Positions 25,481 to 40,630 of a stretch of 64,000 nucleotides of DNA are shown piece by piece (the first letter of the stretch is position 1; the number at the start of each line of letters is the position of its first letter). Under the pieces are notes generated by a model. It did no database searches, was not told the origin of the DNA, and saw nothing but the letters and a program-made list of their open reading frames with translations. Source of the stretch: Octopus vulgaris (lineage: Eukaryota); the NCBI GenBank assembly GCA_951406725.2, contig OX597819.1, positions 103,726,001 through 103,790,000 on the forward strand, read 5' to 3'. The translations under genes were made by a program, and so were the position numbers.

Positions 25481-26208
25481 TAAACTCAAAGAGCAACTAG
25501 AAAGTGAAAGTAGTATCTAACTTAGGATGTCTCATAGATAGTGGTGGCAATGGTGTTGGAGGTGGTAGATGTGGTTATCATGGCAGTGGTGGTGGTGGTG
25601 TGGTGGTGGTGGTGGTGGTGTAGTGGTGACAGTGGATGTGTATGATGGCAGCAATTATAGTGTTGGTGTTTTTGTAGAGGTGGTGGTGGTGGCGGCGGCA
25701 GTGGATGATAATGATAATGATGATGATAGTAGTAGTAGCATTGATTATGTTAGGATGTATCATGGATGGTAGTGTTGAAGACATTGCAGAGTATAGTGGT
25801 GGTGAAATTGGTGATTTTGAATATGATGCTGGTATTGATCTTGGGGTTGTGGTTGCAGAAGATGGTTGTGGTGGTGGCATTGGAGGTTGTAGTAATGGTT
25901 GTAGTGGTGGTTGTGAAGATGATTCTGATATTGATAGTCTTTGCATTGAGGTGGTGGCAGAGTCAGAGTAAATAATAAGAGCCCAGTTAACACAAGATTC
26001 TTAAATTTCGGAGATCATAAGATAGAGAGCAAGAAGTTAAAAGTTCCAATACTGGCCCAATACCTACACCCCAGATTCTTCAACTGTTTTATAAGAAAGG
26101 GGTTAATGGCAGGATAGGGATTCAGCTTTAAAATAAATTGTATAACAAAAAATACATAAATAAATTACTGCTCCAACGATGTAATTTTAGTATGTGTGTA
26201 TGTATGTA

Positions 26209-26249
<41 letters not shown>

Positions 26250-27933
26250 GCAATGCAAACAATGGAAAATAATTTAAACACTCATTTTCTGATGTCTAAG
26301 GATGGATATTTATGCGTATGAATCTTTTTATTTTTATTTTCTTTCAAATATAATTCTAGGTAACTGAAAAAGCTGTGTACGATGCCAAGCGAATTTAGCT
26401 ATTTACGATGAACGGATGTTTACGTTACAAACGAATCTCTAGGTCTGTTTACATGTTTACGTTAACTACGTGACAAAATAGCTGTTTACGTCACAGTAAC
26501 AATATTTTGAGAGGCAGTAAATAATATGAGGTCGAAAGAAAGAATACCATTGGTTAAAATTCGAATTATTAAACAACGTTAAACTTAGAAATTACAATTC
26601 CGTTTTCATTTTGGTTTACAATTATGTTTTCTTTTGACACATTCTACCAGTATACGAAGTTTCAAATTGTTTAGTTAACTAGGAAAATCTGGCCTTCAAA
26701 CTGAAAAGATCCAAAAATAAATAAATACTACAAGTCATTTACCGTACCATTAGATGACCACTGAGTGTCAGAAAAGTAGATTTCTGCCAATGACACAATC
26801 ATTAGGCTATAGGAAAGAGAAGTAAATCTATTGCGGTGACATCAGTACATTACAGGTATATTATATCTACCACAAAGAATAGCAATCAGAATCAATCTTG
26901 GCTCGATTTGAGCCTCGCAAATAAAGGACGTAACTAAAACACCAGAAGGCATTATTCATTTAATCTGCCACTCTTACCATTGCGCCAATTCTCCTATTAT
27001 GCTTCCATCCAGTTTTGGAAATATTTACAGTTATTATTATCATTGTCTGGGGACATTTATGATTTCGTTTCCCCGGCTCCGTAGCGCTAGTAAAACCACC
27101 GTAATTACTAATTTCGTTACATACTCCATTGGTTTCTGTCAATACACTTTTGACCTCTCTTCTATTGTTTCGCCTCTAATGCATCTCACTTGCCTTTGTG
27201 TCTCATCACAATGGCGCTGACATCTCTGACATGCTGGACAACTCCGTAAATAATCTGCTTACTTACTTATCACATTCACGCTCCCTTTGCTAACTCGCTA
27301 TCTGTTTACTCTTTTCATTTCCATTTTCAATATGTCGCCTATACACACCACACTAACGCTCACCCACACACTCACACAAACACACAACTCCCATTTTTCC
27401 TACTCCCCATCTACCACTTTCTCTCACTTCAAGCAATCTTTCACTTCAACTAGTCTCTCTCTCTCTCTTTTCCCCTCTCTCCCTCTCCCCCCTCTCTCTC
27501 ATTTGTCCCTGATCGTCATCCACTCCCTTCCTCCTATGCTCCTCATATCACATGTTCTTTCTTTCATTCTTTCATTATGCCTCTTTCTCTGTAATCATAT
27601 CAGCCCTCAGGCTCGTTTTTAACTTTTTCTCTGTCGCCACTCGACAGCCACTTCGCAGCTTGCCTAGATTTCATCGCTCTGTGAACACATCCATTCATAT
27701 ACGCATACATACACATATGCATCTACATACATATATATGCATACATTCGCTCCTACACACATGACCATGCATACAGAAAGAATCGAAGATTTATTATAAA
27801 TAATACTAATATATAAATATTTATATACAAACACACACATACGCACACGCATGCACGCACTCATACTGATACACTGACACATCGTGAGAAAATATATGCG
27901 GTTGTGAAGTAATACACATATACATACATACAT

Positions 27934-27989
<56 letters not shown>

Positions 27990-28599
27990 GTGTATGTATA
28001 AAAATCTATATCTACATATATAATATATATACATACATACATATATATGCATATATACACACATACATACATATATATATATATTGTTGTATATATATAT
28101 ATGTATATATACATAATAAATATGTATACATAAATATGTGTATATATATTATATGTATGTACCCATACGTATATTAATATATTAATATATCTATGTATAT
28201 ATATATATGTGTGTGCGTGTGTATGTATGTGTGTATATGTGTATGTTTGTATGCATTATGTGTAGGTGCACTCAAACAAATGTATATGCGTCTACGAATG
28301 GATAGGTGTAACCATGTATGTGTGAGTGTGTACACGCGCGCGTGTAGTGTACGTGTGTGTGAGTGTGTGCGTGTGCGCGTGCGCGACGTGTGTGTGTGTG
28401 GCTGTGTGTGCGCAGTGTATTTACAGATACAAATGCAATCACTTAAATTTAATAATAACCTTTACATCTAATAGCCTCTGGCATGGAAGTCAATTTCTTT
28501 GTCACGTCTCTTCTAACTTTCTCTATATCAGTGGCGTCCCTATAAATACCATAGGTTATCGCCCTCTATTCAATATCTCTTTATCATACACACACCGCC

Positions 28600-29470
<871 letters not shown>

Positions 29471-29958
29471 TTTCTTATTCTATTTATTTATTTATTTATT
29501 TATTTGTCAGTGTGTAAATAATATTCGATATAACATTCTTTCCCTACCATTTCGAGAAGCAGTCGACATAATAGATCATTATGGAACGACTGAATGCTTA
29601 TTAATTCCTGGCTCGCGGAATATATAACATTTTAGCCAAAACATGGTTATTATCAAGCATCGTATCATTCTTAAGCGAAAATATACATTATATTTATAGC
29701 TTTTTATCTAACAATGCTACAACACCACCGTTACTTCTCTCCCCGCACCCGTCCCGTATATGGTATACGTATACATATATGTTTGTGGATATATGTACAC
29801 ACATACACACGCACACAGACATATATATATATATATTTATATATATATATATATATATATATTTACGTATGTATGTATGTATGCATGCATGTATGTGTGT
29901 ATGTATGTATATATATATATTTATATTTATATTTATATATATATATGTGTGTGTATAT

Positions 29959-30010
<52 letters not shown>

Positions 30011-30130
30011 AGATAGTCAAGCAGACAGAGACAGAGAAATATATATATAAATATATGCATATACATATATAAGTATATATATATATATCCGTACTTTCTT
30101 ATCTATGTATGCAGTTTGTAAGCACGCATG

Positions 30131-30224
<94 letters not shown>

Positions 30225-30532
30225 TTCTATATATGCATTCATATATGTATTTATATATGCAGGTACATACACCAAAAGAACAGCTACACATATATATAAG
30301 TCCTGCATAAAATATATAAAATGGCTGGCAATACCGATCAGAACACTACACTGGCATTGCAGCCATGTTTTTTCCCCCTGCCAAGTGACATTTACGGTTT
30401 TGGCAAATAACAGTAGCAACGATGCTGATTATTGAAATCTTTATTTTCTTTCTTGTCTATTCACAGCTTTAATATCATATTGAATTGAACTACAAAAATG
30501 TAATAACAAAACATAAATGGAAAGTATGCATG

Positions 30533-30565
<33 letters not shown>

Positions 30566-30655
30566 TGTATGTATGTATGTATGAGTGTATGGATATCCCT
30601 ATATATTTAAAAAAAAACTATATTTATATTGTATCGATACACACAAACACGCGGG

Positions 30656-30736
<81 letters not shown>

Positions 30737-30868
30737 ACACATATATATATATATAATATAACGATGAAACAAAATTTGATATGAAAAAAAACCTATTTGT
30801 TTATTGATTAAATTTATAATAATACAATCACGCTACCGCAGCGCCGCAGGTAATGTGTAAGTGTATAT

Positions 30869-30944
<76 letters not shown>

Positions 30945-30958
30945 AATATATATGTATA

Positions 30959-31035
<77 letters not shown>

Positions 31036-31664
31036 ATATGTGTGTGTGTGTGTGTTTATATATATATATATATATATATATAAACACACACACACACACA
31101 TATATGTTCATATGTAACCGCCCATCTATATAAACATGCGCGTGTGTGTGTGTTTGACTGTCTGACTATTTATGTGGGACATTGTGTATGGATATATATG
31201 TATATATTCATTTGCAACAATGATATACTACTATACACAACAAGTTCTTTTTATTGGAGGTTTTCAGTTTGTTTGCAAATTGTAGCAGGTTCTGTACTAC
31301 AAGCGAGAAACCTTCATAAGTCCTTTACATGCTTTCCAAGTACAAAGACGGGAGATCGACAGAGTTCCTCGAACCTGAACTAGAATGCCTACGTTCCCTA
31401 CGCTCACGATTTTTATTTTACTGGATCCATTCTTTTACTGGATCCATTCCCTCTCTTCTTTCCTGTCACTGTTTCTTTCTACGTTAACATGATATGTGTC
31501 CGTGGAATGCTCAGCCGCTTCTACGTTTATATCATAAGTCATACGAACAAGAGAAAGTTCGTTGTTGGTGTCTAAGAATAATCTACCACTGGAGAGATGT
31601 TTGGTAGAATCGGTTAGTCAACTTAGCGAACGCCATAAGCTATTTAGTTATAAAGCTTTTCTTT

Positions 31665-31878
31665 ATTATCGAAGGAGAGGAGCTTTCTCCGTCCGGGTTG
31701 CGGATCCGTGGAACAAGCTGCCAGACGAGATGGTGAAGATGCCGACGAACGCTTTGTTCAAAGCCTCCCTTGACCTCAAGTGGCCTGAACTCTTTACATG
31801 AACACCACCCTGTACTTAACTCCATGTCCCCCCTTGCTATTTGCTTTTGAACCAAATTAACTAACTAACTAACTAACT
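31665..31878 (+). mobile_element. CR1/L2-like LINE 3' end
   Basis: RRRGAFSVRVADPWNKLPDEMVKMPTNALFKASLD matches the CR1-group C-terminal FSxRVxxxWNxLP..FKxxLD motif; short 3' UTR, then a (TAAC)n tail. Confidence 0.85.
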
Positions 31879-32192
31879 TTATTAGTTCACAACCCGCCGA
31901 AAATTGCCTTGCGTTCCATTCTTCTTGGGTCAGTAAGCGTACACCTAAATTATCCCTTTCATATATTGTTTAATACTTTATGTGAGAGTTTGGATCTGAA
32001 TATGCAATTTGGTATTGGATTAAATTAACAGAGAATAACTTGAATGTGTATAGACAACACATATGTTTTCATTATAGGGATAATTCTTCTCAAGAGATGA
32101 AATCCAACAGTGAATAGCATAATTGCGTACAGGTTTTCTTGAGCATATTTAAAAGTGAATGTACACAACACTGTATTTTTATTTCATATATG

Positions 32193-32259
<67 letters not shown>

Positions 32260-32281
32260 ACACAAACAGCATTTGGTTTTC

Positions 32282-32322
<41 letters not shown>

Positions 32323-32361
32323 GCCTGGGCATTTTCCTTCGCCTGTCATTTCCTTTCGCCT

Positions 32362-32397
32362 CTTTCTGACGAAGACCTATTCCCGAAACGTCAAAAA
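32362..32397 (+). ncRNA. Type I hammerhead ribozyme motif, stem II partly decayed
   Basis: cUUU-CUGACGA-agaccuauuccc-GAAAC-GUC|AAA; within a ~180-bp insert (32321-32500) in (TA)n. Confidence 0.6.
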
Positions 32398-32520
32398 CAT
32401 ACACTTTTTACTACCTCTAATGAACGCGAAGCTCATGCATTTCATGTGTATGTTATTTTGTTGTTTTGTTCTTTGTTAATTTTAATGTTCATTTTAACTT
32501 TATATACATATGTATATATA

Positions 32521-32552
<32 letters not shown>

Positions 32553-33596
32553 CAAACACATGCACACATCTATATATATGTATAAATTTAGGTAGTTGTA
32601 TACATACACACACACACGTACATACATACATACATACATACATACATACATACATACATACATACATACATACATACATACATGCGTGTTTCCACGTGAG
32701 TGTGTGTTTCTGTGTATGTATATGCAAGGGTAAATTTATGCACCACGAACCCATATGAGAGGTCCGCTCATGGTAAATAACGCAGTAATCTCTGTTCTAA
32801 TACAACTTCCAGTTTCTATTGGAGATAAATATTATCTCTTCTGATATTAAAACTGTTTCATTTGCTAATATTCAGGTCGTTACCGTGGTAGGTCTCAAGT
32901 TTGAACCACACTTTTTAAAGGACCCTGAATGAATGTGCACAGGAAATTATGCGCGGTTATATGTGCAACTAAACATAATCTATCCAGTGGAAACAAGTGT
33001 AGGCCAATTTACGCAACAAATTGTGTTGTATGACAAATGGTATAATCTAAAGAGAAATTTTATGATGTACCACTCTCTGTATTCTTTATAATTATTTGAA
33101 ACTAGATTAAAAGCCGCTGTCCGTGTTGACTTTTAAGATAGCTCTTGCGAAGGGCTTATTGGGCCTGCTGCGCAAAACTAAAGGGAGCTAAATAGCATGA
33201 CTATTATACGTCTGTAATGACTATATGCTCCAGTGATTTTGGTCAGAGGTTAAGGACGATTGAGAAGCAATTCTGTACTGCAATCATTCTATTGTTCCAA
33301 TCCCAAGTTGATATCCATTATTAACGAGGCGAATGTCATCTTCTCCTTGATATCTGACGTCATCTGGAAACTGCCAACAAATATGGTGTCTAGCAGACAA
33401 GAAATAGCAATCCAAATGCTTTTAAATCAGGCCCCAATGCTGGATGTTGAAGAACCAAATAAAGAGCAGATTTTTTAATCCTGCAATCATCCTGATTCCA
33501 GAACAATATATATGTCTATGTAGAGACAATGTAGACTGAGATACAGGGGCTCCAGAAAGACAGAATTTCACGTTCATTATTATTATTATTATTATT

Positions 33597-33645
<49 letters not shown>

Positions 33646-33689
33646 CCACCATCATCATCATCATCACCACCACCATCACCACCACCACC

Positions 33690-33757
<68 letters not shown>

Positions 33758-33787
33758 TGTTATCATTGTTATTGTTATTGTTATTAA

Positions 33788-33824
<37 letters not shown>

Positions 33825-33899
33825 GTTACTATTATTATTATTGTTATTATTGTTATTATTATTAATATTATTGAGTGAGAGAGCAACAATTGCCATCAA

Positions 33900-34237
33900 A
33901 GTGACACTGAGATAAAATATACGAAGCCCAGGATACCCCTCATAACTACCCATCTTATAAGAGTATACCAGGCACATGCATCACAACCATATGTGAGCGA
34001 CATGGTGATCTTATATGAAAATAAACAGTGCATGACTGCAGGTGGGGCCCAATCAGAATTTTCTTCAGTTTGACTAGCCCATCCCGCTCAAATTGTCACT
34101 GGAGAAGGGTTGTTTGAGGATATTGAACGAAATACCCATGTTTCTTGAATTATTCAAACCCCAAGGAATTCCTCTCAGCACATGGCTATGATACTCCCCT
34201 ACTACTTCTGCTCGTGATCAGAGATGCACATATCGTC
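33900..34237. repeat. Unclassified interspersed repeat, copy 2
   Basis: Homologous to 1-300, same orientation. Confidence 0.75.
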
Positions 34238-34242
34238 CGTCC

Positions 34243-34360
34243 TTACATTCTGAGGTGAAATTTCGCCGAGGTCGACTTTGCCTTTTATCCTTGAGAGGTC
34301 CATAAATTAAGTACCAGTTGCGTACTGGAGTCGATGTAATCGACTTAATCTCTTCCCCCA
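34243..34360 (+). mobile_element. SINE family A fragment
   Basis: ttcgccgaggtcgactttgccttttatcc...aaattaagtaccagttgcgtactgg. Confidence 0.75.
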
Positions 34361-34392
34361 GCAGAAACGATTATTATTATTGATTATTATTA

Positions 34393-34456
<64 letters not shown>

Positions 34457-34457
<1 letters not shown>

Positions 34458-35015
34458 TCTGTTTGTCACAGGTTTTGTGGGGGCTCCTGAAGTCTTACAT
34501 ACGTAGCGAGCTAGCTACCTGAGATTACTGTACAATACTATCCATTCTTTTCAGCTGTCTTATACTTTCCTGATTATTCCGGCCGTGCCAAGGAGGCAAA
34601 ACTTTTGTAACAGTTCTACTGTGCACTCTGCTCCAATTTCTTTGATGGCCTTCTGATATTGTTCCAAAGGACCTAACAATAATTGGCTCTATCTTCACCT
34701 TCATTTTCCATAGCCGGGATATTTCGTACTTAAGTAGGTTGTATCTATCTATCTTTCTGCCTCCCTTCTTTACTATTCGTGAGTCAAAGAGTCAACATCA
34801 ACTATATAGCATTTGTGGTGCACCTTGTCCACCACCTCTAGGTCGGGTCGGTCGTGCTCTTGACCTGATCTGTTTGGATTAGAAAATCCCAGAGAATTTT
34901 TCTAGTCTCTGACTCCGCCACTCTCTGCGGTTTGTTTTCGTACCACATCTTGTCACTCTGTAGCCCCTACTTTTCGCAGTTTTCAATGTAGCACTATCGC
35001 TACCTGATCGTTGTT
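34457..35015 (-). mobile_element. R4/Dong-clade LINE 3' end (restriction-like endonuclease), degenerate
   Basis: Minus strand: DQVAIVLH..MWYENKPQRVAESETRKILWDFLIQTD..DRPDLEVVDKVHHKCYIVDV..KIDRYNLLKYEISRLWKMKVKIEPIIVRSFGTI..LLQKFCLLGTAGIIRK; flanked on both sides by (TAA)n. Confidence 0.85.
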
Positions 35016-35031
35016 GTTATCATCATCATCA

Positions 35032-35191
<160 letters not shown>

Positions 35192-35620
35192 TATTATATA
35201 CACGCGCGCACACACACATGTTCGTTATTAATAATCGAGGGTCAGGCGTTTTGTACATTGGCACTTATCAGATCATCTATGTACAGGTAATAAACGTACT
35301 TCCATGGTTTGGTAAATAAATTCTGAAATTATAAAGACAATTACAATGAAACGTGGATGATACATATTTTTCAGATAGTTTGCCTGTGACGCCGCTCAAT
35401 AAAAAAATAAATGAGAAAAATTTCAAGATACGTATTCATACATATGCACTCCTAAATGAAAGTACCGTGAATGTGTGGGCGTACATGTAAATACGGCATG
35501 TACATGAATACACCTACATACACATAAATGTACCCATACATTTTCAGTTTTATTTTCTTATGTGTATCACCAAACCCATGCATGCATACATATATGTATG
35601 TATGTATATATGTATGTGTG

Positions 35621-35656
<36 letters not shown>

Positions 35657-35874
35657 TGTATGCATGCATGCATGTATGTATGTATGTGTGTGTATGAATG
35701 CATGCACTCTTATATTTTTTACACGTTGGCTATGCTGCAGCACCGCCAGTAGTATACATATTTATATTGTATGTATGATATGGATAGATAGATAGATAGA
35801 TAGATAGGTTCACACAGGCACACATGTATGTAACATGCGTATAAACATATATACGACTTATATATACATTTCTA

Positions 35875-35938
<64 letters not shown>

Positions 35939-36443
35939 TGTATGTGAAGGAACTAAACACATACTCAATGGAACACACAAAGGGACTATAAAATACGTGT
36001 ATTATGAACAGCCTTCTGTAGAAAACAAAAACTCTTCAAAGCAACGCAGCTAGAATCCCTGCGAAAAGACCAAAAGTGGAAGTGTATTCCAAATAATGGA
36101 AAACAAGCAATTTTCATAGGATTGGAATAATGGAATTGATAATGTTAATAGACTAAGGGGACGCTTGCAGAATTCGATTTCCGATGGTCAATGGCTGAAG
36201 CCATACATGGCCATCCCCATCTAAATACGTTTCTCACTATGTTTGTGAGTGAGATTGAGTAGTGGTCAGCTGTGTGTACCAAGTGTGTAGATGCGTAAGG
36301 ATGTGCATTTGTGTGTTTGTGCGTTTGTGTTTGTTTGTGTGGAGTGCGTAAATGTGTGTATGCATGTGTAGGGTTTGCGAATGTATTTGTGTATGGCATT
36401 ATATTTGATTGTTACGTGTTTCATTTAATGCAAATAGTCGCGT

Positions 36444-36475
<32 letters not shown>

Positions 36476-36688
36476 CATTTATGTATGTATGTATGCATTT
36501 ATGTATGCGAGTATGCATTTATATGAATGTATATATATATTCATATATACATATACATACACATAGATATATATGTATATATATATATATATCTATAAAT
36601 ATATGCATATATATATATTTGCATACATACATAACTGTGTCTATATATGTATAAATGTATGTGCCTATATATGTATGTACACACACAC

Positions 36689-36732
<44 letters not shown>

Positions 36733-37094
36733 CATGTGACAATCCTAATTTTGAGCTACGTTGCGATATATGTGTGATGGAGTTGGTAGAAGCAATACTA
36801 GGTAGGTATGCACAATGAGAGGAGGTGTGGGTGTGTGAGTCGATATTCCTTCCACACAATTACCACCACTATCACAACCAGCACCACAACCACCACATTC
36901 AGCGCCATCACTCGACTCTTAGCGTTATAATTCTCATACTCTCTTCTGTATACACATCGTCACTGTTTTGTTTGGATTCCTACATATTAACAGTGAAACC
37001 AGAGAAGAGATCTCGTCTGGAGGGGACTTCGATACGGTGTTTGCTGTGTTAGGAGTTTTGTTTGAATTATAGCTATTAGTTTTTCTTGGGAAGA

Positions 37095-37389
37095 TGACAG
37101 TGGTGGTGGTGGTGGTGGTGGTGGTGGTGGTGGTGGTGGTGGTGGTGGTGGTGGTGGTGGTGGTGGTGGTGGTGGTGGTGGTGGTGGTGGTGGTGGTGGT
37201 GGCAGCGGTGGTGGCGGTGGCGGTAGTGGTGGTGGTGGTGGTGGTAGTGGTGGTGCTGGTGCTGGTGCTGGTGCTGGTGAGGTGGTAGTGGTGGTGGTGG
37301 TGGTGGCGGTGGTTGTTGGTGGTGGTGGTGGTAGTGGTGGTGGTGGTGGTGGTGGCAGTGGTTGGTGGCGGTGGTGGTGGTAGTGGTGG

Positions 37390-37421
<32 letters not shown>

Positions 37422-38411
37422 GGTGATGGTGATGGTGGTGGTGGTCTCGGCAGCGATGTTTGACGACGACAGCGGCGGAGGTGGTCGTCGATGATCCAGC
37501 GGTGGTGGAGGTGTGATAGTGAAGAGGTTGGCTTCGGAACTGTAATGATGGTACGGGCGGTGGTGAGGTCGCTGGAGACGTCGCTGGTGTTGATGTTGTT
37601 TGTGGTGCTGTTGATGTAAATCGTGGTAGTGTAGGTGGTCATCGTCCCTGTACTGGTGGTGGTAGTACTAGTGGTCGTGGAGGTTGTGGTTGTGTAGATG
37701 CAGCTGGTGGACTTATGATGATGGTAACGATGATGATGATGGTGATGATGCCGGTAGTGATTTGGGTGAAGATGCTGATGTTGATACTGTTCGTAGTGAT
37801 GGTAGTGATGGTGGTAGTAGCGGTGATAGTGTTAGACGTGGGTGTCGTAGCAGTGAGTTTGTAGCGTTAGTGGTATTGGTGTTTGTAGTTCTGGCGATGC
37901 ATTTGGTGCATAGATGAAGATGGTGATGACGATGAGGATCATGATCATGATGAAGATGGTAATGATGATAATGATGACGATGATGACGATGGTGATGATA
38001 CTGGCCGTGGTGATGATAATGATATTTGCAGATAGTGTTGATATGGTGGTGGTGGTGGTGGTGGTGGTGCTATGCTGCTGTTGCTGCTGGTGGCGGAGGC
38101 GATGGTGATGGTGATGGTAGTGGTGAAGGTGGTCCTGTTAGTGGTGCTGATGGCGATAGTGCTGCTGATGACGGTGCTGGTACTGGTGATAGCAGCGGCG
38201 GTGGTGGTGATGTTGGTAGTGGTGGTAGTCGTGCTGTTTGTGGTGCTGGTGACCCGTGGTAATGGTGGTAGAGGTCGTGATGCGGATAGTAGTTGTGATA
38301 ATTGGTAATGGTGGTGATGACGTTGCTTGTGATGATGCTGGTGGTAGGTATACAATAATGTGGGTGCGTGAGCGAGGTGGGGGAGATATTGTTAATTGGT
38401 GAAGACACTGG

Positions 38412-38442
<31 letters not shown>

Positions 38443-38645
38443 GTTTGTGGTGGTGGTGGTGGTGGTGGTGGTTGTAGTGGTGGTGTTAGCATTAGTGTTA
38501 GTATTAATGTTATTGGTGGTATTGCTAACATTATTGCTTGTGCTGGTTAGTAGTACTTACTAGTTGTTCTGTTAGTGGTTGTTATAATATCGACGAATGT
38601 TGCGGTGGTAGTAGCCGTCATAATAGAGGAAGTTATGACGGAAGT

Positions 38646-38711
<66 letters not shown>

Positions 38712-39200
38712 TCTCATTCGTCGTGGTTGGTGGTAGTGGGAGTGGCAAAGATGGTTTTTAAGAGTTGTGGTGGTGGTGGTTATGGTAAGAATTGTCGTGA
38801 AGGAGTGAGTGGTGAGGACTTTGTGGAATGATCCTAGCCGTGGTAATGTATGTGGTGATTGTAATTGTTGTGGCTATTGTAGTTGTAGTGGTGGAGGCAG
38901 CGGCGGTGGCGGTGGCGGTGGCGGCGCATGCAAAAAACGCTGGTGGTGAGTGATGGTTCAGCTGAATGCAACGTTTGTGTTTGTGCTGGCGGTGTAGGCG
39001 GTAATGTTACAAGATGACGACGATGGTTATGGTAATTGTGATGGTGTTGTAAGTGGTTGCGTTTGCTTTGGTGATAGTAGCAGAGGAGAAGATGCTGTCG
39101 TTCGGGAAATGTTTTTCACCATAGGATATTCTGTTGATGGTGGTGGGGATGTTGATGGTATTGGTGGGAGGTGTTAATGAAATAGTCGTCACAGGGTTAC
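37095..39200. repeat. Decayed (GGT)/(GAT)/(AGT) low-complexity tract
   Basis: Pure (GGT)n at 37100-37200 grading into degenerate triplets; stops occur in all frames over the whole tract. Confidence 0.85.
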
Positions 39201-39224
39201 ACTGATCGTATTTATTTCTTTATT

Positions 39225-39356
39225 GGGGGGAGATTTTACGAAAAAAAAAAAAAGACGAAGACAGGTGGTGTACAAAATAAACAGATGTATTAGTATAACG
39301 CTCAGGAATAGAAAAAGTCTTTTACATTTCGAACCTACGCTCTTCTGCAGAAAGGG
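39225..39356 (-). mobile_element. Hammerhead-bearing short repeat family H1, copy a
   Basis: aaaagacgaagacaggtg...tattagtataacgctcaggaa...ttttacatttcgaacctacgctcttctgcagaaagg; homologous to the copies at 45645, 53656 and 58473. Confidence 0.75.
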
Positions 39357-39993
39357 TTAGATGGCAGTAAGGTTGTGGCAGTGAGGTAGTGTACGTGATT
39401 GCTGATAATAAAGGTGACGTTGGTGGTTATCCTGGCGATGGTAGTGTATGTGAGTTGTAGTAGAGATAGTAGTCGTATGGTGAATATTGGTAATGTTAGT
39501 GGTGGTGGTGGTCAAGTTTGTTTACTGTTGGTGGATGGTTCATATGCTAATACTATTGTGGTTGTCGCAAAGTTGTTACCTTGTCCTAGGTCCGTCCTAA
39601 TCATTGAAATCTATGTTCAGAGGCGTCCCAACCGTGACAATCGTCTCTTACGTTTCCACAAACTATACCTTGGATTATATTATCCAATATGTCTGTCTTT
39701 TTTTTAACACTCTCACATACGATTTGGCAACCGAAAATTTTGTCGACTGATAGTTTACCCTGTCATTTCTGGTAGTTATATAGACTACCTTGAGATTCAC
39801 TCAATCGATGGTGATAGTAGTGGTGGTGGTGGTGGTGGTATTCATGTTGTTGGTGGTGGTCTCGATTTTGATGTTACTGGTTATAGTGGTGGTAGTTGTG
39901 CTGTTAATGTGTTTGTAGAGGACATGCGATTTCACTGTCTTCATGGGGAGAATGACGGCCAATGCTGTGATTGCAGTTGTACATATAGTGATG

Positions 39994-40048
<55 letters not shown>

Positions 40049-40459
40049 TGTGTCTGTGTCTGTGTGTATGTGTGTGTGTGTGATATTTTTAAAGACACTC
40101 CATTCATAGACACTCCACCAAAGACATTCCATTCTTCTCTAAAATATAAAGTGTCTGAGACTAATGAGTTCATATTATCCAAAATATATTACTTTGAATT
40201 GACTTAGTGCGAGGAGCGAAAAATGAAATTTTTCGGAGAATAGTTCTTCAAAGCGAAGAATATAAAGGCCAGTACAATAATCGTAGAAACGAGAATAAAT
40301 GCGAGAGGCATTGTAGGGCAGTACGTTCGAAGAGAGAGAGAGGGATAAGTTCGGTATCAGTGTTGTGGAGGTCATGTGAGCAAAGGAGGAGAAGTGAAAC
40401 TGGAGATGAAGCGGTGTATGTGTATGTATCGTGTGTTTGTATGTATATACACAAACACA

Positions 40460-40630
40460 TTTGAGCACTCTGAGCGTAAGAGCCGAAACTGACGCAGCCT
40501 ACCGTCGCGAAATCTTCGAAAATGCTCAGGTAGTGTCGCATCATCTCCCACCCAAAAAATTTTGCCCACGTAGCATTTGTTTTGGAGGAGAGAATATAAT
40601 GTTCGGATACTTTTTGAACGCACCTAATGT
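40460..40630. mobile_element. Probable mariner-type terminal fragment
   Basis: Ends tcggatactttttgaacgcacctaa, resembling a mariner TIR; no partner end seen. Confidence 0.4.

Larger units (their letters stand above)
18093..26712. mobile_element. 8.6-kb non-autonomous DNA transposon with long TIRs, Merlin-like
   Basis: 268-bp TIRs at 18093-18360 and 26445-26712 (8 mismatches counted); termini GGATCTTTTC...GAAAAGATCC; identical 8-bp flanks AAAAATAA at 18085-18092 and 26713-26720; no transposase recognised inside. Confidence 0.75.

Noticed and set aside
25578-25993. Gly/Asp-rich ORFs
   Set aside because: Low-complexity triplet decay; part of it is duplicated at 18697-18884 with indels.
37076-38831. 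His-, Pro- and Gly-rich ORFs resembling structural (beak or cuticle-like) proteins
   Set aside because: They derive from decayed (GGT)n. No signal peptide, splice structure or single favoured frame, and similar tracts recur across the window.
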